Below the pieces are notes generated by a model. That model was not told the origin of the DNA. It did not search any database and saw only the letters and a program-made list of their open reading frames with translations. Source: a virus. Taken from it: DNA of 64,000 nt. The stretch is taken from positions 119,469 through 183,468 of the IMG/VR virus record IMGVR_UViG_3300027806_000001; one strand, 5' to 3'. The translations under genes were made by a program, and so were the position numbers. Positions 55,975 through 64,000 of this stretch are shown here, piece by piece; within the stretch, counting starts at the first letter, position 1; the number at the start of each line of letters is the position of its first letter.

Positions 55975-57111
55975 TCAGGCGGTGTTCTTCGGACGGGGGT
56001 CGCCGAGCTGAGTGTTCAGCTCGACGATCTGCTTGTGGAGGGCGTTGGCCTCGGGTCCCGGAGGCGTCGTCGCCAGGGTGTTCAGCATGTCCTGCAGCTG
56101 CTGACTCTTGGCATCACGCTGGAAATCTCCGCCGTGCGCCGGGGTCGGCGAACCCTCCTCCTCCACGGGGGCGCCCTTCGCGAGCAGGTCCATGATGCCG
56201 CGCGTGCCGAGGCCCGCCGCACCGCCGAGGCCGCCGCCGACCAGGGCGCCCTGCGCCACCGACTGATCGCGGAGGTAGTTGACGAGGGCGCCGAGGCCTG
56301 CACCGCCGAGGGCACCTGCTCCGCCGTACATGGCGTAGTCGCCGGCCGAGGAGGCCGACCGCTTGCTGCGAGCCGAGGCTCCCTTGTTCCGAAGACGATC
56401 AAGGGCAGCAGGATCGAATCGATTGTCCAACTGCATGATTTCGGCGCTGCTGTCCCGGCCCTGACGCACTTCCGGACTGTTCTGATAGTCGTTGTACGCC
56501 TTGAGCTGCTTCTCGTACTCGGCATAGGCCCTTGCGGCCTCCAGATCCGCCGCGTCGATCTTGAGCTGACCCTGCAGTGCCTCGAGTCCCGGGAGCCCCT
56601 CTCTGAGATTCTTCAGGCGCTCAGCTCCGGTTTCGCCAGGGATCGTACCCTGGCTGAGCTGATCGACGAGCTGCTGTCCAGGCAAGGCGTCGCGGTACGC
56701 AATCATGTCCTCGAGAGTCTTGACACCTGCGTCGTACTTGGCTTGGATGTAGCGAGGATCCTTCTCAAGATCTCGGAGAACCTTGCGCATCGGATTGGCC
56801 CGGTCCTTCAGAGGACCTGCGCCGGGCAGCTCCTCTTCGCGGGTCTCGGCATTTGACCAAACCCTCTCAGGGCCACTGCGAGCCAGCAGGTCCATGATGC
56901 CGCGCGTGCCGAGGCCTGCCGCACCGCCAATGCCGCCGCCTACCAGGGCGCCTTCGGCGACCGACTTGTCACGGAGGTAGTTGATGAGGGCGCCGAGGCC
57001 TGCGCCGCCGAGGGCGCCTGCACCGCCGTACATGGCGTAGTCGCTCATCGGCGAGGCCTTTGCCGACCGCTTGACCAGGTTCTGAAGGTTGCTCGCAAGC
57101 TTGATCATCAC
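55975..57111 (-). CDS. Virion-like protein with two duplicated KRSA/glycine-zipper modules
   Basis: DYAMYGGAGALGGAGLGAL(I/V)NYLRD...GALVGGG(I/L)GGAAGLGTRGIMDLLA occurs twice. Confidence 0.8.
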   Translation of the reverse strand: MMIKLASNLQNLVKRSAKASPMSDYAMYGGAGALGGAGLGALINYLRDKSVAEGALVGGGIGGAAGLGTRGIMDLLARSGPERVWSNAETREEELPGAGPLKDRANPMRKVLRDLEKDPRYIQAKYDAGVKTLEDMIAYRDALPGQQLVDQLSQGTIPGETGAERLKNLREGLPGLEALQGQLKIDAADLEAARAYAEYEKQLKAYNDYQNSPEVRQGRDSSAEIMQLDNRFDPAALDRLRNKGASARSKRSASSAGDYAMYGGAGALGGAGLGALVNYLRDQSVAQGALVGGGLGGAAGLGTRGIMDLLAKGAPVEEEGSPTPAHGGDFQRDAKSQQLQDMLNTLATTPPGPEANALHKQIVELNTQLGDPRPKNTA

Positions 57112-57761
57112 ATGAGTCCTTTTCGAATTAGCTGCCTTTGGAAGTCCCGGGCAAGCGCCTGGCGGAACTGGGGGTTGCTGTACAGCTCGATGTCGCCGAT
57201 GTCTGCCCCGACGGGCAGGTCTTCCATTGTATCCTCGATAAGCCTATTTTGCCTGCTGCGGCTGTGATGGCCGTAGATGCCGCCCAGCAGGGCGCCGAGG
57301 GCCGCACCTCCGGCACCGGCCGGAATGGCTCCGATTCCCGACAGCGCCCCTGCGCCCGCGCCGACTCCGCCTCCCAGCAGGGCGCCAAGGGCGCCGGTGC
57401 CGATCGAGGCCCAGGCCGGGCTGGACATCTGGCTGGAGATCGGATCGGCCTCGGTGGCGAGGATGTCCGGGAACATCTGCCTCTTGGCAGCCTCGACCTC
57501 GAGCCGTTCCTGAGGCGTCAGGAGGCGCTTGCAGCCGAAGCCCGGGGTGCATCGGACAGGGACGTCGACGATGGACTCGGAGCTCGAGACCGCGGACTTC
57601 TTCTGAGTCTTCTTCGCCTTGGGCTTGGGCACGCCGCCGGCAGGCACGCAGTTGGGGACCTCGCGGCCGCCCTTCATCTTGGTGCCCACCTGGGTGTAGC
57701 CCTTCCAGCAGGCGTTCTGCTGTTCGGCGAGCTTTAGGAGGTTGGCTGCGATCTTGATCAA
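57108..57761 (-). CDS. Virion-like protein with CWKGY...VPNCVP motif and glycine zipper (TTG start)
   Basis: TTGA overlap; CWKGYTQVGTKMKGGREVPNCVP; GALGALLGGGVGAGAG...GALLGG. Confidence 0.75.
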   Translation of the reverse strand: MIKIAANLLKLAEQQNACWKGYTQVGTKMKGGREVPNCVPAGGVPKPKAKKTQKKSAVSSSESIVDVPVRCTPGFGCKRLLTPQERLEVEAAKRQMFPDILATEADPISSQMSSPAWASIGTGALGALLGGGVGAGAGALSGIGAIPAGAGGAALGALLGGIYGHHSRSRQNRLIEDTMEDLPVGADIGDIELYSNPQFRQALARDFQRQLIRKGLM

Positions 57762-58459
57762 GCGGAAAGGCCCTTGGAGAACGTGTCTACGAACGAATTC
57801 CAGGACTTGGTGTCCCTGTTCATCAGCGGCGCGCCGTTCAATTGTACCATCAGCCTGTTGGTCTGTCTCTGGACGTAGGACTGGACGTCGTCCCGGAACT
57901 GGACCTGGTTCTGCACGATCATCTGGGCCTCGACCGTGTCGGCGGCGTGCGACTCCATGTTGGCCGTGTAGTCGTCCCTGCCCATGTCGGAGACCTTGGC
58001 CAGGGCTGGCGGCAGCCGGTACAGGCCCTGTTCCTTGCACACCTCGCCGATGTACCGCCTGACCTCCGGGCTCAGCCTGGAGGGCGTCTCGGGGTCGAGC
58101 ATGGTCAGCTCGGTGACCGCCCAGGCGCACTCGTAGACGTCGGCGATGTCGAACACGTCGTAGCTGAGCGGGGTGCCGGACAGCACGTTGGCCGTGTTCA
58201 TGAAGGTCGAGACGTCCTTGTGCACCAGGTCCGTCGTCAGGGAAGACCAGAGAGCCCAGACCTTGTCCGTGTTGACGGCCGGGATGTCGTCGATGCCGAA
58301 CCCCTCCTCGAGCTCCTTGCGGAAAGCCTGGGGATCCTGGTCGAAGATCTCCTGGCCGTACGAGTCGAGGACCAGGGTCAGCAGGACGGTGCCGACGGTG
58401 TCGGCGCTCTGCCACAGCTGCTCGTACGCCTGCTTGGATGCGATGCTCCGGATGGGCAT
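57758..58459 (-). CDS. Probable virion structural protein (233 aa)
   Basis: Coupled to the glycine-zipper genes; acidic composition. Confidence 0.6.
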   Translation of the reverse strand: MPIRSIASKQAYEQLWQSADTVGTVLLTLVLDSYGQEIFDQDPQAFRKELEEGFGIDDIPAVNTDKVWALWSSLTTDLVHKDVSTFMNTANVLSGTPLSYDVFDIADVYECAWAVTELTMLDPETPSRLSPEVRRYIGEVCKEQGLYRLPPALAKVSDMGRDDYTANMESHAADTVEAQMIVQNQVQFRDDVQSYVQRQTNRLMVQLNGAPLMNRDTKSWNSFVDTFSKGLSA

Positions 58460-58477
58460 GCAGGATCCTCCGAGGGG

Positions 58478-59866
58478 TTACTGAGTCGGGGCTGACTGCG
58501 GCATGCCTGGCTGAGGAGCGTTGGCCTGGCCGTACGGAGCCGCGGCGAGCTGCTGCTTGGCCTGACGGGCCTTGGAGGCCGCCAGGGCGGCGTTGGCGTC
58601 CAGGGTCTCGATCTTGGCCATCTCCTTCTTCTCGTTCATGCGCGCTTCAAAGGACTGGTCGTCCTCCCACGGCTCGGGCTTCTGAACGTCTTCCTGAGGC
58701 TGTTCCGGAATCTGGATCGCCGGATGTTCCATCGAGATGGCCGGATCCTGGCTCTCCTTGAACAGGTCCTCGATCAGGTCGTCCGCGGTCGCCGGACGGT
58801 AGCCCGCCTTCTTGACCGCGCTCTCGAAGCGATGGGCCTCCGGCTTGGGCAGGGTGGGCAGGATCTCGGCGGCCTTGGACCGGTCGACGTTGATGCCGTC
58901 CGGCTGGCAGTAGGACAGGAAGTCGTCGCCGGCGACCTTGAGGCCCTTCTCCAGCTGGTGGTCGGTGATGTTGCGCAGGTCGACCGGCGTGCCGGTGGTG
59001 AGGTAGACCACGGTCTCCGTCTGGGAAGCCGCCTTGGAGAAGCTGACGCGGAAGCAGACGTCCACCGGGTGCTGGATGGAAGTGCCCCACTTCGACGCCA
59101 GCTTGTGGCGGACGTCCACGGCCTCGAGGGCCGAGGCGATCAGGTCGCCGCTGCGGCATACCTCGGAGGGCCTGCTGTTGAGGTCCTGCGCGACCTTGAG
59201 CAGCTCGTCCTCGAGCTCGGTCCACTTCGACATGGGGATGGCCGACAGCCGGTCCGTGATGGCCGCCGCGACCTTGGTGTTCAGGTTGAACCAGACCTGG
59301 GGATTGGCCAGGCGGTCCAGGTACATCTTCGCCCGGGTGTCCATGGTCGCCCCCGAGGCGGCCTTGAGCAGCCTGGCGGCGGCCTCCTTCTGGGCGCCGA
59401 TCGGGAACTTGAAGCGGTTCTGGTGGAGCCAGCCGGCGCTGGCCGCCGCGGCCTCCTTGGTGTGGCAGGGGCAGCGCTCGATGCGCTGGCCGCGGTAGTC
59501 GAACGAGAGGGCGTACGAGACGGGGATCTCCTTGACCTCGAAGGCGCGCTTGATCGCCTGCACGTCGTCCACGATGCCCCAGACCTTGGCCGCCTTGACG
59601 AGCCTGTCCTCGGCTTGTGGACTGGCCGGCGCCGAGGTACACTGGTTCCCGTAGAAGTAGAGAGCAGAGCACCAGCAATTGGCCTTGCTGTCCAGGGCGA
59701 ACTTCCGGTTCGACTGGTCCGCGAAGGCCGCCGCAGGCAGCCCGTCGGCCGCCTCGCGGTCCAGGACCTGGGCCGACTTGACGTATTCCGGCATGTCGAC
59801 CCGACGAATGAACGCGTTGTAGTACCTACGGGAGACGTCGTCGGTCATGTCGATCCAGAGGCTCAT
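58478..59866 (-). CDS. Probable head-associated protein with DUF6582-like motifs (start uncertain)
   Basis: GLPAAAFADQSNRKFAL...ANCWCSALYF and a second ERCPCHT..AAAAS..W unit; Q/P-rich tail. Confidence 0.55.
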   Translation of the reverse strand: MSLWIDMTDDVSRRYYNAFIRRVDMPEYVKSAQVLDREAADGLPAAAFADQSNRKFALDSKANCWCSALYFYGNQCTSAPASPQAEDRLVKAAKVWGIVDDVQAIKRAFEVKEIPVSYALSFDYRGQRIERCPCHTKEAAAASAGWLHQNRFKFPIGAQKEAAARLLKAASGATMDTRAKMYLDRLANPQVWFNLNTKVAAAITDRLSAIPMSKWTELEDELLKVAQDLNSRPSEVCRSGDLIASALEAVDVRHKLASKWGTSIQHPVDVCFRVSFSKAASQTETVVYLTTGTPVDLRNITDHQLEKGLKVAGDDFLSYCQPDGINVDRSKAAEILPTLPKPEAHRFESAVKKAGYRPATADDLIEDLFKESQDPAISMEHPAIQIPEQPQEDVQKPEPWEDDQSFEARMNEKKEMAKIETLDANAALAASKARQAKQQLAAAPYGQANAPQPGMPQSAPTQ

Positions 59867-62534
59867 AGACGGTATTCCTTCGGAAGGGTTCTACTCTTCC
59901 CTGCATTATACGAAAGTCCTGGAATTGCTGGGAGCAGGGGAATCCTGCGTCCCGGGTTCCAAGGTCCGGTGCCCTGCGTGCAAGACGGCCACCATGACCG
60001 TCTTCGAGCTGGACCACATCGGCGCCTGGATGCACTGCTCGCGGTGCAGCCTGGCCGGGGACGGGATCCGCATGTACGGTGCAGCTTACAGGATCTCGGA
60101 TCCGGAGGAGCTGCTGGAGCGCGTCGCGGGCGACCTCAAGGCGCGCAACCTGGCCCCCGAGGACCTGTCGGCCTACTGCAAGACCTACGACTTCCTGTAC
60201 AACAGGGTCGACAGGCTGTGGAGCCGGGCCAGGGCGGCCATGGCCGGCCAGGCCAACCGCATGGGCGCCGGCCGGCTGCACGAGCTGAACCTCTGGCTGA
60301 GCCAGGACGTCTTCGACCGCGGGCTGGCCAAGTGGGTCGGCTTTGCCTTCAAGAGCGAGGCCGAGGAGATGCTGGACTGCAAGATCGCCGGGATTCCCAA
60401 GAAGCACGAGGGGCTGCTGGTGGTCCCGTTCCACCTGCGGCCAGGCCTGATGGCCGGCTTCGGCTTCATCGGAGCCTCGGACCAGCTGGCGTACGTCAAC
60501 CTGCTGCAGGGGCACGAGGCGGGGGTCTGCGGCCTGCCGGCCTGCGTCGACGCCGACGACACCAAGGTCTACGTGATGCAGCACCCCATGCAGGCCCTCC
60601 GCATAGCCCACAAGTGCGCCGTGGAGGGCTACCGGAAGATCCGCGCCGTGGCCAAGTCCCCCATGGGCCAGCTGGATCCCGCCACCCTGCTGGGCATGGA
60701 CCAGATCGCCTGGATCGACCTGCCCGAGACGTCGGTGCTCAAGGCCTGCGCCAAGGACCGCAACTTCAAGGTCATGCAGCTGGACACGCCGTACGTGTGG
60801 CGGCCGGCCGAGAAGACGTCCAGGCTCTGGGAGAACTCCCTGATGCCGGTGATCCACAGGACCGTCGACGAGACGCCGCGGCACGGCCCGGTGGACTTCC
60901 TGGCCGGCCACCTGGCGGCCATGGGCGTCCTGGCGGCGCGAGGCGAGGTCGAGGCCATGGAGCTGACCCAGTTCGAGCGGAACCTGCTGCTGGTGTCCTG
61001 CACCAACGAGGATCTGCGGGAGAAGATGAAGGACATCGTCTCGGCGTCGCCGATGGGCTCGGCGCCGATCATGGTCGACAAGAGGATCATCGTCGAGAGG
61101 GACGGCAAGCTCTGGGCCCAGGGATCCCGCGAGGTGTCGGACGAGATGGTGTGCGACGTCATAGTCCGCATCCAGCACATCTGCCGGTCGTCCGTCTCCG
61201 GCGAGGCGTCGCTGTTCGGCAAGATGTCCACGGGGGCGGTAGAGGTGGAGTTCCAGCTGCCGGAGGCCTGGCTGCGGGACGAACCGGCCAAGACCCTGGC
61301 CCGGCTGGCCGCCAAGGCCAACCTGTCGAGGCAGCCGTTCCTGGCCGACTCGATCGCCAGGAAGTACCTCGACATCCTGGTGCGCATCAGCTGCCCGGAG
61401 GTCCACTCGGTGCAGGAGCACGTCGGGTTCGACCAGGACGGCCTGCGGTTCAGCCTGCCGAGGATGTGCATCTCCTCCGACTCGATCCGGGCCGGCGTGC
61501 CGTTCGTCATGTCGGACGGGGAGCTGCCCGCGGCCTCGGCCGAGATCGACCCCCAGGCCAAGCTCACGTCCATAGCCGGGATCTTCCGCCCCGGGGCCGA
61601 GAACGCCTGCTACCTGGCCGCCATGGCCTCGGTCATCTCGGGCTGCCACGCCGCCAGGTCGGGCCCCAGGGGGGCGGGTACGATGCTGGTGGGCGAGAAG
61701 GGCGAGCTGGCCGAGTACGTCTTCGACCTGATCCGGATGGACCTGGGCCTCGAGGCGGTGGTCCTGGGGTCGCGCGCCGAGATGGACGCAGCCCTGCGCA
61801 TGTCGGCCGGGCACCACGTCCCGGTGGCGATCGACGCCCTCAGGTCGGCTCCGCGGCTCGTCGCGGACTGGCTGGAGGGCTCGGGCCGCAGCACCCTGAT
61901 GCTCGCCTCGCCCATGACGGCGTGCAGCCTCGGGGCCGATCCCGACTGGAACTTCGTCAGGGCCAACGTGGAGTTCCGCGCCGAGGGCAGGGGCCTGCTG
62001 AACAGCGAGCTCTTCTTTCCCTTCGCCATGCAGTACTCCATCACCATGGGCGGAGGTCCGGCGAGGCAGCTGCTGGAGTCGCTGAAGTACCTGTCGGACT
62101 CCCTCGGCGGCGACAGGTCGGCCCTGGACCAGGCCGCCCGGTGCCTGTCCTCGTGCGGGCTGGTCAACGCCCGGTCCCCGGGCATCCAGCTGATGAGCTT
62201 CCTCAACGAGGGCGTCGAGGCCGGCATGTTCAAGACCTTCACCGGCGAGGCGTCGGCCAAGCGGAAGTACGTCGTGCTGCGCGGCATCGACGACACCGTG
62301 TCCATCGACCTGACGGCCCTGCTGGGCCAGATGAGGTTCTACCACCTGCCGGTGCGCACCTGGACGGCGTCCGTCGAGCATCTCAAGATGCTCGGCGCCG
62401 AGGAGCTGCAGCACGAAGGCGGCACCCTGCTGAGGTTCAGGAAGCCGCTGTGGAACACCCTGGTGGCCGCGGTGAAGCGCATGAAGTCGCTGCGCCGCGC
62501 CTTCCTGTCGGAGCTGGCCGCTACCTCTCGATGA
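59847..62534 (+). CDS. Large DnaG-like protein (zinc-binding domain plus degenerate TOPRIM) with unknown C-terminal region (895 aa)
   Basis: CPAC...WMHCSRCSLAGDGI...S.PEELL..V; LVVPF...G.MAGFG; VYVMQHPMQAL. Confidence 0.65.
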   Translation: MSIQRLIDGIPSEGFYSSLHYTKVLELLGAGESCVPGSKVRCPACKTATMTVFELDHIGAWMHCSRCSLAGDGIRMYGAAYRISDPEELLERVAGDLKARNLAPEDLSAYCKTYDFLYNRVDRLWSRARAAMAGQANRMGAGRLHELNLWLSQDVFDRGLAKWVGFAFKSEAEEMLDCKIAGIPKKHEGLLVVPFHLRPGLMAGFGFIGASDQLAYVNLLQGHEAGVCGLPACVDADDTKVYVMQHPMQALRIAHKCAVEGYRKIRAVAKSPMGQLDPATLLGMDQIAWIDLPETSVLKACAKDRNFKVMQLDTPYVWRPAEKTSRLWENSLMPVIHRTVDETPRHGPVDFLAGHLAAMGVLAARGEVEAMELTQFERNLLLVSCTNEDLREKMKDIVSASPMGSAPIMVDKRIIVERDGKLWAQGSREVSDEMVCDVIVRIQHICRSSVSGEASLFGKMSTGAVEVEFQLPEAWLRDEPAKTLARLAAKANLSRQPFLADSIARKYLDILVRISCPEVHSVQEHVGFDQDGLRFSLPRMCISSDSIRAGVPFVMSDGELPAASAEIDPQAKLTSIAGIFRPGAENACYLAAMASVISGCHAARSGPRGAGTMLVGEKGELAEYVFDLIRMDLGLEAVVLGSRAEMDAALRMSAGHHVPVAIDALRSAPRLVADWLEGSGRSTLMLASPMTACSLGADPDWNFVRANVEFRAEGRGLLNSELFFPFAMQYSITMGGGPARQLLESLKYLSDSLGGDRSALDQAARCLSSCGLVNARSPGIQLMSFLNEGVEAGMFKTFTGEASAKRKYVVLRGIDDTVSIDLTALLGQMRFYHLPVRTWTASVEHLKMLGAEELQHEGGTLLRFRKPLWNTLVAAVKRMKSLRRAFLSELAATSR

Positions 62535-62802
62535 ACGTCATGCCCTCGGAGAAGACGAGGGCGTCCACCCCGAGCACGCGCTTGATCCGGTCGATCTCGG
62601 CGTCGGGGGCGCGACGCAGGTTGGCCAGCAGGCCGGACGCGGCCTCGGCCGCCATCTTCCTGCGCTCGCACTTGGAGCAGGTCCCGGGGTGGGCGCCGCT
62701 GGCGTGGGCGTGGGCGTCGCGGACCGACGGCGAGACGCCGCGGACGGCGGCGTTGTTCATCAGGTCGAGCAGGGTGGAGTGGGTGACTGGCTGTCGTCTC
62801 AT
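62521..62802 (-). CDS. Hypothetical protein with CxxC (93 aa)
   Basis: GTCSKCERR; convergent with the 895-aa gene. Confidence 0.65.
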   Translation of the reverse strand: MRRQPVTHSTLLDLMNNAAVRGVSPSVRDAHAHASGAHPGTCSKCERRKMAAEAASGLLANLRRAPDAEIDRIKRVLGVDALVFSEGMTFIER

Positions 62803-62804
62803 GG

Positions 62805-63218
62805 TCAGAATGCCGGGGAGATGTAGGTCTCGGTCCGCTGCGCCTCGAACTTGGACAGGATCCTGACATCCTCCGCCAGGTCCTTCACCTGGGCGCGCAT
62901 GAGGGCCAGCGACTCCTGCATGGTCTCGAGATTGTAGAAGACCAGCGTCCATGCGTGCGCCCTGTAGAGCACCTGGCCCTCGGCCGGGCCGCCACGCTGG
63001 AACGCCGCGAAGTCGCCGGCCTTGACGATGCCGTAGAACTCGTCGACGTAGCCGTCCGTGGTCGACTTCCTCTCGATGAGCAGGATGTCCTGGTCGAAGG
63101 ACGTGTTCGCGTAGAGGGGAGTGCCCACGGTGCCGGTGACGATGCCGACCCGGTAGATCGGGGTGGGGCGGGCGTCGCCTTCGTTGGAGATGGTGAAGTT
63201 GATGGTGAAGTTCGCCAT
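62805..63218 (-). CDS. Hypothetical protein (137 aa)
   Basis: GAAGG RBS; MANFTINF... Confidence 0.7.
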   Translation of the reverse strand: MANFTINFTISNEGDARPTPIYRVGIVTGTVGTPLYANTSFDQDILLIERKSTTDGYVDEFYGIVKAGDFAAFQRGGPAEGQVLYRAHAWTLVFYNLETMQESLALMRAQVKDLAEDVRILSKFEAQRTETYISPAF

Positions 63219-63220
63219 GG

Positions 63221-64000
63221 TCAGACCCTGCCTTCGGTGCTCGAGCTTCCGTAGAACTCGCCGGCTGAGAGGAGATTGCGGCTTGGCATGAGGGACTGCT
63301 GGCCGCCGGTGGCCGGGCAACTGCCCTGGAACGTGAGCTGCTCGTCGAAGAACCACACGATCTTGCACGAGCAGTCGGCCTGGGTGGCTTCCTTCGCCCA
63401 CGGCACGTAGCCGTAGAGCAGGATCGGGGTGTCGTTCATCACGGGCACGGGGTAGTAGCCCTTCTCGTACATAGCCACCAGGTCCGTGCCCGGAGGGAGA
63501 TGGGTCGCCGTGCCTGTCCTGGGCAGCACCGTCTCCTTGATGTTGAAGGCGGTCATCTCGCCTGGGCTGGTGCCGGGCGGGACTATGCCGTGACCAACCT
63601 CGCCCTGCTCGTACCACTTGTCCGCAGTCGTGCAGGTGGCGTTGTCGATGGAGCCCAGGTTGCTTCTCAGGATGTCCCTGATGTTGCCCACCAGCTCCGC
63701 CTTGTACTCCCAGGTCGTGATTATCGACACGCCTCCGGGCCCCGGAACGCCGCCTATGCTGCTGGAGCTCTTGACCTTGGCCAGCATGGGGCCGATGATG
63801 CTGTAGTTCGAGACCTGGGAGCCGAACGCCTCCTTGCCGTTGCACTGGTTGCAGTCGTACTCCTCGGTCCAGGGGGTGACGGGGATGAAGCTCTCGGCGC
63901 CGAACTCCTCGGCGAAGAACGCCTCCGGCGTGGTGTAGTCGTCGAAGTCGGGCCCGAGGTTGCCGATGCGGTAGCCCCTGCCGAGCGAGGTGTAGCCGCA
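63221..64000 (-). CDS. Hypothetical, probably structural protein, truncated at the window edge
   Basis: Frame stays open from the ORF-track start at 63787 up to base 64000. Confidence 0.7.
   Translation of the reverse strand, partial: CGYTSLGRGYRIGNLGPDFDDYTTPEAFFAEEFGAESFIPVTPWTEEYDCNQCNGKEAFGSQVSNYSIIGPMLAKVKSSSSIGGVPGPGGVSIITTWEYKAELVGNIRDILRSNLGSIDNATCTTADKWYEQGEVGHGIVPPGTSPGEMTAFNIKETVLPRTGTATHLPPGTDLVAMYEKGYYPVPVMNDTPILLYGYVPWAKEATQADCSCKIVWFFDEQLTFQGSCPATGGQQSLMPSRNLLSAGEFYGSSSTEGRV

Noticed and set aside
1-64000. DGR, retron, group I/II intron, integrase or stop-codon recoding
   Set aside because: No reverse transcriptase or recombinase motifs, no template/variable repeat pair, and conserved genes read intact in the standard code

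Overview
This window is part of a large, high-GC (roughly 65-70% by eye), probably lytic tailed dsDNA phage genome (jumbo-phage-like) infecting a probably diderm host. It is not a bacterial chromosome. Almost all genes lie on the minus strand. Recognisable modules: a probable portal gene (3.1-5.0 kb); a MoxR-type AAA+ / vWA-metallopeptidase pair; a dense run of small accessory genes that includes a Tad1-like anti-defence sponge, RuvC, GroES, a lipoprotein with spanin-like topology, a tail-fibre-like protein and a DUF5664 dNTP diphosphohydrolase; a full replication/recombination cluster (SbcD, SbcC, SF2 helicase, DnaB, DnaG-like, ClpS, UDG-like::PolA fusion, probable SSB, RecA/UvsX) headed by an ori-like palindrome; a 1560-aa glycoside-hydrolase-like protein; a terminase large subunit carrying a class 3 LAGLIDADG intein; and a block of virion-like proteins with glycine zippers, shared N-terminal leaders and K-x-A motifs. 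The most striking unexplained signals are: (1) the duplicated KRSA-glycine-zipper, polyprotein-like virion genes with a shared leader; (2) two DnaG-like proteins that both lack the normal catalytic acids; (3) a recurrent bipartite motif GCTAAAYA-N11-TGYGTTA that is built into terminator/inverted-repeat cassettes and appears to drive short structured RNAs. All family calls are made by eye from motifs; no database searches were run. Many start codons were moved from the supplied ORF track to the nearest RBS-supported or stop-overlapping start.
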